From a virus (taxonomy: Duplodnaviria > Caudoviricetes), in the IMG/VR virus record IMGVR_UViG_3300049050_000028, positions 1 through 31,728 of that record: DNA of 31,728 nucleotides. One strand, given 5' to 3'. The notes beneath the pieces were generated by a model. It worked only from the letters and a program-made list of their open reading frames with translations. It was not told the DNA's origin and made no database searches. The translations under genes and the position numbers were made by a program. Positions within the stretch are counted from its first letter, which is position 1; each line of letters begins with the position of its first letter. Positions 8,033-14,613 of the stretch are shown in pieces.

Positions 8033-9410
8033 GTTCACCCCTCGCCCTTACCAGCAGCTCGGCGCCGAGTGGCTGCTCGACCGCGACCGCTGCGCCCTGT
8101 GGGCAGGCATGGGGATGGGCAAGACGTCGACCACCCTGAACGTGCTCGACATCCTGCACAACGTCGTCGGCGAGTCGCGCCCTACCCTCGTGCTGGCGCC
8201 GAAGCGCGTGGCGCGCGACACGTGGCCCGAGGAGCGCCGCAAGTGGCGGCACCTGTCGGGGCTCGACATCGCCGTCGCTGTCGGCTCGCCTGATGAGCGC
8301 GCGGCCGCGCTCGCGCGTGACGTGCCTGTCGTCACGACGAACTACGACAACCTGCCGTGGCTGGTCGACCACTTCGGCGACCGCTGGCCGTTCGGCACGG
8401 TCGTCGCCGACGAGGCCACCCGGCTGAAGTCGTTTCGCCTGAAGCAAGGCGGCGCACGCGCGGCCGCGCTGGGCCGCGTCGCGCACAAGCTCGTGCGCCG
8501 ATTCATCCAGTTGACCGGCACGCCGTCGCCGAACGGCCTGGCCGACCTGTGGGGGCAAATGTGGATGCTCGACGCCGGCCAACGCCTGGGCCGCACCTAC
8601 GACGCCTTCCGCCAGCGCTGGTTTCAAAAGTCGTTCGACGGCTACAGCGTCGAGCCCCTGCCCTTCGCGCAGCAGCAGATTCAGGACGCACTGCGCGACG
8701 TGTGCCTCACGCTCGACCCGAAGGACTGGTTCGACCTGAAGGACCCGATTCGCACGACGGTCTACGTTGAACTGCCTGACCGTGCGCGAAAGAAGTATCG
8801 CGACATGGAGCGCGAGATGTTCGCATCGATCGACGGCCACAACCTCGAGGCCTTCAACGCGGCGGCCAAGACGATGAAGTGCTTGCAGCTCGCGAACGGC
8901 GCCTTCTATGGCGACGAGGACCGTTACGGCAAAGGCGCGTGGTTCACCCTGCACGACGAGAAGCTCGAGGCGCTCGACAGCATCGTCGCGGAAGCGGCAG
9001 GCATGCCCGTGCTCGTGGCCTACCAGTTCGTCAGCGATCGCGAGCGAATCATGCGCGAGTTCCCCAAGGCCGTCGACCTGGCGACCGTCGAAGGCATGGC
9101 CGCGTTCAAGGCCGGCAAGTCGCCGATAGGCGTCGGCCACCCGGCCAGCATGGGGCACGGCGTCGACGGGCTGCAGGACGTCACGAACATCGTGGTGTTC
9201 TTCGGCCACTGGTGGGACATGGAGCAGCGGCAGCAGATGGTCGAGCGCGTCGGGCCAGTGCGCCAGATGCAGAGCGGCCACGACCGGCCGGTGTTCATCT
9301 ACGACATCGTCGCGCGTGCGACGGTCGACGAGCTCGTGCTCGCGCGGCACGAGACGAAACGCAGCGTTCAAGATTTGTTGTTGGAAGCGATGAAAGCGAG
9401 GAAGCCATGA
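8025..9410 (+). CDS. SNF2-family (superfamily 2) helicase
   Basis: RPYQ, MGMGKT, VVADEA, LTGTP, GHGVDGLQ, ERVGPVRQ motifs. Confidence 0.95.
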   Translation: MREFTPRPYQQLGAEWLLDRDRCALWAGMGMGKTSTTLNVLDILHNVVGESRPTLVLAPKRVARDTWPEERRKWRHLSGLDIAVAVGSPDERAAALARDVPVVTTNYDNLPWLVDHFGDRWPFGTVVADEATRLKSFRLKQGGARAAALGRVAHKLVRRFIQLTGTPSPNGLADLWGQMWMLDAGQRLGRTYDAFRQRWFQKSFDGYSVEPLPFAQQQIQDALRDVCLTLDPKDWFDLKDPIRTTVYVELPDRARKKYRDMEREMFASIDGHNLEAFNAAAKTMKCLQLANGAFYGDEDRYGKGAWFTLHDEKLEALDSIVAEAAGMPVLVAYQFVSDRERIMREFPKAVDLATVEGMAAFKAGKSPIGVGHPASMGHGVDGLQDVTNIVVFFGHWWDMEQRQQMVERVGPVRQMQSGHDRPVFIYDIVARATVDELVLARHETKRSVQDLLLEAMKARKP

Positions 9411-9766
9411 CGTTCCTGAAGAAGACACTCGACGCCGAGAGGCCCGAGACCCCGCCGATGGTTGCGGCGCCGTGCTCATTCCCGGCGTGCGGCTGTCATC
9501 AGCCGGCGACGTGCAAGCAAGACGCCGCGCCGGCCAGCGCCGACGCGCGCCGCGCCCTCGACCGCCAGGTGGGCGGCGGCCATTACAAGGGCATGGCGAT
9601 TCAGCCGGTCGAGTACATCCACCGCAACGGCCTGGGGTTCGCCGAGGGGTGCGTCGTCAAGTACGTGAGCCGCTGGCGCGCCAAGGGCGGCGTCGAGGAC
9701 CTGAAGAAGGCGCGGCACTTCCTCGACCTGCTCATCGAGATGGAGACCGCCCCGAAAGCGGGATAG
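9407..9766 (+). CDS. DUF3310 (T7 gp1.7-like nucleotide kinase-like) protein
   Basis: QVGGGHY, GCVVKYVSRWRAKGGVEDLKKARHFL. Confidence 0.85.
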   Translation: MTFLKKTLDAERPETPPMVAAPCSFPACGCHQPATCKQDAAPASADARRALDRQVGGGHYKGMAIQPVEYIHRNGLGFAEGCVVKYVSRWRAKGGVEDLKKARHFLDLLIEMETAPKAG

Positions 9767-9815
9767 GTCTTACCTTCAGCTAATACCATAATGGGCGCCC
9801 TGCAAGGAGCGCACC

Positions 9816-9989
9816 ATGTTCGTCGTCAAGCTCATCGCCCAGGTGTTCGCCATTCTCGTGCTGCTGTCGCTCATCGGGCCGCTTGGCCTGCCGCCCGGCG
9901 GCGCCGCGCTCGTCGGCGCTGTGTGCCTCGGGTGGGGTGTGTGGCTACTGGTGTCGATCGTGCGGCATCTGACACGCCGGCGGGCTTGA
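9816..9989 (+). CDS. 57-aa two-helix membrane protein (absent from ORF track)
   Basis: AAGGAG RBS; MFVVKLIAQVFAILVLLSLIGPLGLPPGGAALVGAVCLGWGVWLLVSIVRHLTRRRA*. Confidence 0.75.
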   Translation: MFVVKLIAQVFAILVLLSLIGPLGLPPGGAALVGAVCLGWGVWLLVSIVRHLTRRRA

Positions 9990-10015
9990 CGAGTATTTTA
10001 GCGATTGCTAAAGTC
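9986..10015 (+). promoter_or_regulatory. Sigma70-type promoter with operator-like palindrome
   Basis: TTGACG-N17-TAAAGT with extended -10 TG; TTTAGC-GATT-GCTAAA at 9997-10012; 19/20 identical to 4829-4848. Confidence 0.8.
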
Positions 10016-10021
10016 GTCTGC

Positions 10022-10282
10022 ATGAACACTGCTACCGAGATTCAAGCCCGAATCGCCGAGCGGGAGCCGAGCTTCGCCAATCTGCAGGCGACCGTCGAGC
10101 GCGAAATCGTTGACCCCTTGGTGGGCAAGCTTTCGCTCGTCGCTTATGGGCGGGAGGTCTGCGCCCGTCGAGCGCGGAAGCTGCGCAAGCGCGGCGACAT
10201 GATCAGGTTCCATCGGTGGACGGCGACCGGCAAGTGCCGTTACATCTGGGTGCCAGGCGCACGGTGGGAGGTCTTCCTGTAA
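10022..10282 (+). CDS. Hypothetical basic protein, probably leaderless
   Basis: ATG 7 nt after the -10 box, no SD; TAATG coupling to next gene. Confidence 0.7.
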   Translation: MNTATEIQARIAEREPSFANLQATVEREIVDPLVGKLSLVAYGREVCARRARKLRKRGDMIRFHRWTATGKCRYIWVPGARWEVFL

Positions 10283-10506
10283 TGGAACCGATGTATCTCG
10301 ACCTTCCCCGCACCGCCGAGTTCATGGCCGTGTCAGTACGCACCTGGCAGAACCTCGTCCAGGCCGGCGAGGCGCCCAGGCCGCGCAAGCTCAGCGCGGG
10401 CCGCGTCGGCTGGCTGGTGAGCGAGCTGCGCGAGTGGGGCGAAGCGCGCCCCGTGTCCGACTTGTTGCCGCCTGCGAATAGCGGTCGGCGGAATGGAACG
10501 CCATGA
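10282..10506 (+). CDS. AlpA-family winged-HTH protein, probable excisionase
   Basis: AVSVRTWQNLVQAGEAPRPRKLSAGRVGWLVSELREW; close to integrase. Confidence 0.85.
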   Translation: MEPMYLDLPRTAEFMAVSVRTWQNLVQAGEAPRPRKLSAGRVGWLVSELREWGEARPVSDLLPPANSGRRNGTP

Positions 10507-10892
10507 CCACCCTAGCCCTGTTCTTCGCCACGAAGGGCGACGTGCTCGCCTGGGTCGAGCTCGAACCGCCGGGCGGCGAGTACATCGGGTTTCGCAGCCA
10601 CGTCGGCGCGCTGCGGCCGCTGCCCGAGGGGGTCGAGTACCTCATCACGATGCACGACGAGCCGCTGTTCCCGTGGCTCAAGCGCATCCGCGTCGACCGC
10701 CTGGCCTCCGTCATCTGGCCGGGCATCTCCCACCAGCTGCGCACCTACGGCGTGCCGCGCGTCGACGCGCAGAATCAGGCGCTGATGACGCGCGGCCTGT
10801 TCAAGCGCATCGTCGCCGAGCGGCACCTCGCCAACCTGGGCGAGGTGTGGGCGCTGCAGGGCGAGCTACTGCCTCAGCTCGCCAGCGCCTGA
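10503..10892 (+). CDS. Hypothetical protein
   Basis: ATGA overlap; GC-rich third positions; 3' end overlaps integrase 3' end by 19 nt. Confidence 0.75.
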   Translation: MTTLALFFATKGDVLAWVELEPPGGEYIGFRSHVGALRPLPEGVEYLITMHDEPLFPWLKRIRVDRLASVIWPGISHQLRTYGVPRVDAQNQALMTRGLFKRIVAERHLANLGEVWALQGELLPQLASA

Positions 10893-12151
10893 AGCCGATC
10901 GCTGAGCTTGCCCAGCCACAGCCGCCGCTCGCGGTCGTACTGGTGCAGGTTGTAGACGCCCTGCACGCCGGGCTGCATGTGGCCGAGCACCGCCTCGGCG
11001 ACGGTATCCGGGCACCCCATCGACGCCAGCATCGTGCGCACCGTGCGGCGCAGGTCGTGCGGCGCCCAGTGCGTGACGGGCAGCCGCGGCCGCTCATCCT
11101 TGGGCCTCGTCTTGCTGTAGGGCTGGCGGAAGTGCACCGCCGTCTGCACCGCCTTCTGCTCGAGGTGGCCCGCGCCGCGCGCTGCGGGGAATAGCCAGCC
11201 CTTCGGGTGCACACCCAGGCGCCGGCGCACGACGCGCTCGGCCTCGCCGAGCAGCGGCACGCGCAGGTCGCTGGCGGCCTCGTGGCGCGCGTTCTTCGTC
11301 TTCACCTTGGGGCAGGTCCACCACAGACCATCGGCCTCGTCTGTGACCTCGTGCGCTTCCATCTGCACGAGCTCGGCGCCGCGCGCCCCGGTCCACAGGT
11401 ACAGCGTCAGCACGTCGGCCACGTTGCGCGAGAAGTTCGGCAGCCAGCGCACCAGCGCCGCGACCTCGGGCTCGCGCAGCACGCGCTTGGCGGTGACCCG
11501 CTTGCCGGCGATCCTGTGCCCCTTCGACCGGAGCCGGCCGCGCATCACCTGGCGCCACCAGTTCGGCGCCGAGTCGGGCAGCCGGCCGGCGTCGAGCGCG
11601 TAGTCCCACGCGGCGCCGAGCTCCGTCCGCAGCTTCGCCGCTTGTACCGGGATGCCGGCGTGCAGCTCGAGCAGATCGAAGGCCTGCGATCGCGTGAGCG
11701 TGGCCGCCGGCTCGTCGGCCACCGTGGCGAGCATGGTGTCGAACATGCGCTTGACCTCGTCGGCGCCCTTCTTCTTTCGGTGCACCTTCACGTGGCCGGC
11801 GAGGTAGTCGGCGGCCAGGCGCCGCACGGTGTAGGCCTCCGCGCGCTGCGCGGCCCGCTCAGCGCTCGCCGCGGCGGCCGCCTCGACCCGGGCCTGCCGG
11901 CGCTCGCCGGCAGGGTCCGCGCCCGCCTCGCGCGCCTTGCGAGCCCGCTCCCAGGCGGCCAGCGCCGCCGGCAGCGCCACCTCGGGCCAGCGGCCGAGCT
12001 TGACCTGCTTCATCCGCCCATCGATCGGCGACTTGTAGCGATAGGTCCAGGTGCGGTGCTGCGCCGTGGCTTCCAGGCGCAGGCCCGGGCATCCGTCGAT
12101 GGTAAGGTGCGCCCCTGGCGCGAGTTGCTTGGCGGTGCGTGCGTCGAACAT
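10874..12151 (-). CDS. int: Tyrosine integrase with N-terminal arm-binding domain (P4-like)
   Basis: GCPGLRLE...WTYRY...LGRWP arm domain; TGAR, HDLRR, LGH and GVY catalytic motifs. Confidence 0.97.
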   Translation of the reverse strand: MFDARTAKQLAPGAHLTIDGCPGLRLEATAQHRTWTYRYKSPIDGRMKQVKLGRWPEVALPAALAAWERARKAREAGADPAGERRQARVEAAAAASAERAAQRAEAYTVRRLAADYLAGHVKVHRKKKGADEVKRMFDTMLATVADEPAATLTRSQAFDLLELHAGIPVQAAKLRTELGAAWDYALDAGRLPDSAPNWWRQVMRGRLRSKGHRIAGKRVTAKRVLREPEVAALVRWLPNFSRNVADVLTLYLWTGARGAELVQMEAHEVTDEADGLWWTCPKVKTKNARHEAASDLRVPLLGEAERVVRRRLGVHPKGWLFPAARGAGHLEQKAVQTAVHFRQPYSKTRPKDERPRLPVTHWAPHDLRRTVRTMLASMGCPDTVAEAVLGHMQPGVQGVYNLHQYDRERRLWLGKLSDRLQALAS

Positions 12152-12262
12152 GGCCGGCGTAGGTTCTGCCGACGATGGTAGCCGATGCAGCGTAGGTTTT
12201 TGCTGGAGCTAAGAAGAACCTACGCCAGCCCTCGGGGAGCGCATGCAGCAACGTGCGCGCAA

Positions 12263-12292
12263 TTGCCAAATTCCTTTACCGACTGCTAAAGC
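12263..12292 (+). promoter_or_regulatory. Promoter facing the att core, with degenerate operator-like site
   Basis: TTGCCA-N18-TAAAGC with extended -10 TG; TTTACC-GACT-GCTAAA at 12275-12290. Confidence 0.6.
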
Positions 12293-12305
12293 CTGAAGCA
12301 TTGCA

Positions 12306-12349
12306 AATCAACGAGTTGCCCGAAATCGGCTTTACAAATCAAGGGGTTG
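12306..12349 (+). promoter_or_regulatory. Two IHF consensus sites in attP
   Basis: AATCAACGAGTTG (12306-18) and AATCAAGGGGTTG (12337-49) both match WATCAANNNNTTR. Confidence 0.75.
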
Positions 12350-12441
12350 CGAAGGACCCTCTTTCCAACCACACGCCCATGATGCAGCAGCGCATTCACC
12401 TATGAGCGGCCGGGCCGCCAGGGCAGAACCTACGCCGAAAC

Positions 12442-12621
12442 CTACGCCGTCTTCTCGACGGGCACCATCTGCTCGAGCAGTTCCGCGGTGAGCCGCTGGC
12501 GCTGCTCGGCGTCGAGCAACACGGGCATGACGATCAGCTTCAGCGGGGTGGCGTGGATGTACCGCGCAAGCGCCGCGATGTCCTCGTCGGACAGTTCGCG
12601 GGGCTGCGGGAAGTCGGTCAC
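12442..12621 (-). CDS. Small hypothetical protein at end of lysis operon (59 aa)
   Basis: GTGA overlap with upstream stop; [21 protein letters not shown]... Confidence 0.55.
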   Translation of the reverse strand: MTDFPQPRELSDEDIAALARYIHATPLKLIVMPVLLDAEQRQRLTAELLEQMVPVEKTA

Positions 12622-13133
12622 TGCTTGCGCGCGAGAAGCGCGTTCTTCTCGGCGCTGCTGGCCGAGCTGCCGAAGTAGTAGCTGATGATCGACGCCCAGG
12701 CGCCACCCAGCGCGCCGAGCATCACCAGCAGCGCGTCGCCGCCGGTCTCCGGCTTGCCTTCGGTGAGCAGGTAGCCCAGCACGCCGAAGAAGCCGACGGT
12801 GACCAGGCCGGCCAGCAGGCGGGGCGTCCACGAGTCGCCGGTCTTCGCCTCGCGCTCGCGGGCGCTGGCGCGGTCGCCCTGGTGCAGCCGCTCGAGGTCG
12901 ATGTCGAGCTCGCGCATGCGCACGGAGAAAGCCTGGTCGGCCTGCTTCAGCTTGAGCAGCGCGTCCGGGCCGCCGGCGACCAGCGCCGCGGAGATTTCGC
13001 CTTCGGTCCCGTTCGGCTTGCCCAGCAGTGCGTCGGAGATGGCTGACACCGCCAGGCCGGCCAGGGGGCCGCCGAGCGCCGTGCCGAGCGCTGGCGCGAC
13101 GGCGCCCACGATCGCCTTCCAGTCGAAGCTCAT
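12618..13133 (-). CDS. Holin-like membrane protein (GTA 3TM-holin-like)
   Basis: [12 protein letters not shown]-terminus, DRASARERE, two C-terminal TM helices, YYFGSS; directly after endolysin. Confidence 0.75.
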   Translation of the reverse strand: MSFDWKAIVGAVAPALGTALGGPLAGLAVSAISDALLGKPNGTEGEISAALVAGGPDALLKLKQADQAFSVRMRELDIDLERLHQGDRASAREREAKTGDSWTPRLLAGLVTVGFFGVLGYLLTEGKPETGGDALLVMLGALGGAWASIISYYFGSSASSAEKNALLARKQ

Positions 13134-13134
13134 G

Positions 13135-13602
13135 TCACACCCTTTTCAGGTTCTCGGCGACGCGCTGCGCCCAGCCGCGGCCGAAACTGGGCCAGGTCTT
13201 CAGGTCGTTCAGGTAGTCGAGCCGCCAGCCGTTGAACCGCGCGACCAGGCGCTCGGGGTCCATGCTCTGCGCGGCCTGCAGCGTGCGAGGCCCGAGGATG
13301 CCGTCGGGCGTCTCGCCGACGGCGCGCTGCAGCATCTTGATGGCCTCACGCACCGGCGCGTTCACGGCGGTATCGAACAGGTCGAACTTCAGCGATGCCG
13401 GTACGGCGTCGCATCCGGCCGGGCCCCAGTAGTCGCGCCGATAGATTTCCTTCGCGCGCTCGAGTGTCATGCCTGCGATGTTCTCGGTCGGGTGCGCCCG
13501 CCTGCTGATGCCGAACTTCGTCTCGCCGCCCGGGTCGTCGGGGTGGTTGACGTAGCCGCCCTCGTGGCCGATCAGCACCTTGAACGCTTCATCGAACGTC
13601 AT
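13135..13602 (-). CDS. Endolysin, glycoside hydrolase family 108 with peptidoglycan-binding domain
   Basis: [41 protein letters not shown]; ATG at 13602 overlaps upstream stop. Confidence 0.92.
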   Translation of the reverse strand: MTFDEAFKVLIGHEGGYVNHPDDPGGETKFGISRRAHPTENIAGMTLERAKEIYRRDYWGPAGCDAVPASLKFDLFDTAVNAPVREAIKMLQRAVGETPDGILGPRTLQAAQSMDPERLVARFNGWRLDYLNDLKTWPSFGRGWAQRVAENLKRV

Positions 13603-13856
13603 GCTGCCTTTCCCCCCAGGTGCTGCAACAGCCACGCCAGGCCGCCGCAGATGGTCGCGCCCGCGCCGCCGAGCCACATCATTGCTTTCCAGCCGCCGCG
13701 CGCCTCGCTGAGCGTTTCGAGCACGGTGTCGAGCTTGGCGCCGAGCGCCGTGTTCGCGGCCTGCAGTTCGGTGACCTGCTTGCCCATGAGCTCGACGGCC
13801 ATTTCCAGCCGTGCAATGTCAACTCGCGCTTCAGTTAGGGGGTCGCTTTGCGGCAT
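13599..13856 (-). CDS. Holin/XhlA-like coiled-coil protein with C-terminal TM helix
   Basis: Coiled-coil then RGGWKAMMWLGGAGATICGGLAWLL; directly upstream of endolysin. Confidence 0.65.
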   Translation of the reverse strand: MPQSDPLTEARVDIARLEMAVELMGKQVTELQAANTALGAKLDTVLETLSEARGGWKAMMWLGGAGATICGGLAWLLQHLGGKAA

Positions 13857-13873
13857 AGTGCTCATCCAGGTCT

Positions 13874-13901
13874 TTGACGACGTTTTACTTTTTTGTAAAA
13901 T
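13874..13901 (+). promoter_or_regulatory. Sigma70-type promoter for the SGNH lipoprotein gene
   Basis: TTGACG-N16-TAAAAT in an AT-rich gap; TTTTAC-N6-GTAAAA inverted repeat overlaps it. Confidence 0.65.
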
Positions 13902-13932
13902 GGCAGCACCAACAACCAATCAGGGCCGCAAC

Positions 13933-14601
13933 ATGAAAGCTCTTGTTCTTCTCGGGGTTCTTCTCTTGGCTGGGTGCGGAGGTGGCGGCAGCGGGGGAGA
14001 CACCCCGGCGCCTGCCGCCACAGCCGCGGCGGCGTGCACGCCGCGGGTCGTCGCGCTCGACGTGTTCGGCGATTCCGTCAACCACGCTGCGGCGCCCTTC
14101 GTGCAGGCCGAGCTCGACCGGCGATTCGGTGCCGGCGCGGTGCTGGTGCGCAACCGCGCGGTGCCGGGCTCGACGAGCGAGCAGCTCGTGTCTGGCACCG
14201 ATGGCCTGAATGCCCCTTGGCCCGCGTCCGTCGCGGCCGACGTCGTGCTCGTGAACCACGGTATCAACGACGCCTATGCGCCGCTGGGCATCGCGCCCGA
14301 GCGGTATCGCGCGAACATGCTGGCGCTTGCCTCCGGCCCCGCCGTCGTCGCGCTGCAGACCTCGAGCCCGACCACGGCCGCCGTGTACGACACCGCTGCG
14401 AACGCCGCGACGGTGCGCGACATCGCCGCCCAGGTGCGCACACCCCTGGCCGACGTGCAGGCCTACGTGCTCGGCCTGCCGAACTGGCAAGGCCACATGC
14501 CCGACGGCATCCACCCGAACGCTGTGCTGCACGCGATGATTGCCCGCGACGTCACCGTGCCGGCGATCGCGCCGCTGGTCGAGAGGTTGCGGTGCCTGTG
14601 A
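13933..14601 (+). CDS. SGNH/GDSL hydrolase lipoprotein (moron)
   Basis: Signal peptide with lipobox LAG|C, Gly/Ala linker, motifs FGDS, NRAVPG, HGIND, DGIHP. Confidence 0.88.
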   Translation: MKALVLLGVLLLAGCGGGGSGGDTPAPAATAAAACTPRVVALDVFGDSVNHAAAPFVQAELDRRFGAGAVLVRNRAVPGSTSEQLVSGTDGLNAPWPASVAADVVLVNHGINDAYAPLGIAPERYRANMLALASGPAVVALQTSSPTTAAVYDTAANAATVRDIAAQVRTPLADVQAYVLGLPNWQGHMPDGIHPNAVLHAMIARDVTVPAIAPLVERLRCL

Positions 14602-14613
14602 CATCGCGCTAAC

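Larger units (their letters stand above)
12156..12448. other. attP: arm-type repeats AACCTACGC(C) at 12156-66(-), 12190-98(-), 12216-26(+), 12426-36(+), 12438-48(+), flanking a mutS-like core at about 12367-12390
   Basis: Five copies of the repeat next to int; core CACACGCCCATGATGCAGCAG translates as HTPMMQQ. Confidence 0.85.

Noticed and set aside
12243-12296. 17-codon ORF MQQRARN... behind a GGGGAG sequence
   Set aside because: Out of frame with HTPMMQQ, SD spacing only 3 nt, overlaps the promoter; no support for translation
12152-12450. tRNA or tmRNA fragment as att core
   Set aside because: No T-arm GTTCRA or CCA-type 3' end seen; the mutS-like motif explains the core
12799-13932. N-terminal extension making the SGNH ORF 600 aa
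   Set aside because: Antisense to the lysis genes; promoter and signal peptide place the real start at 13933
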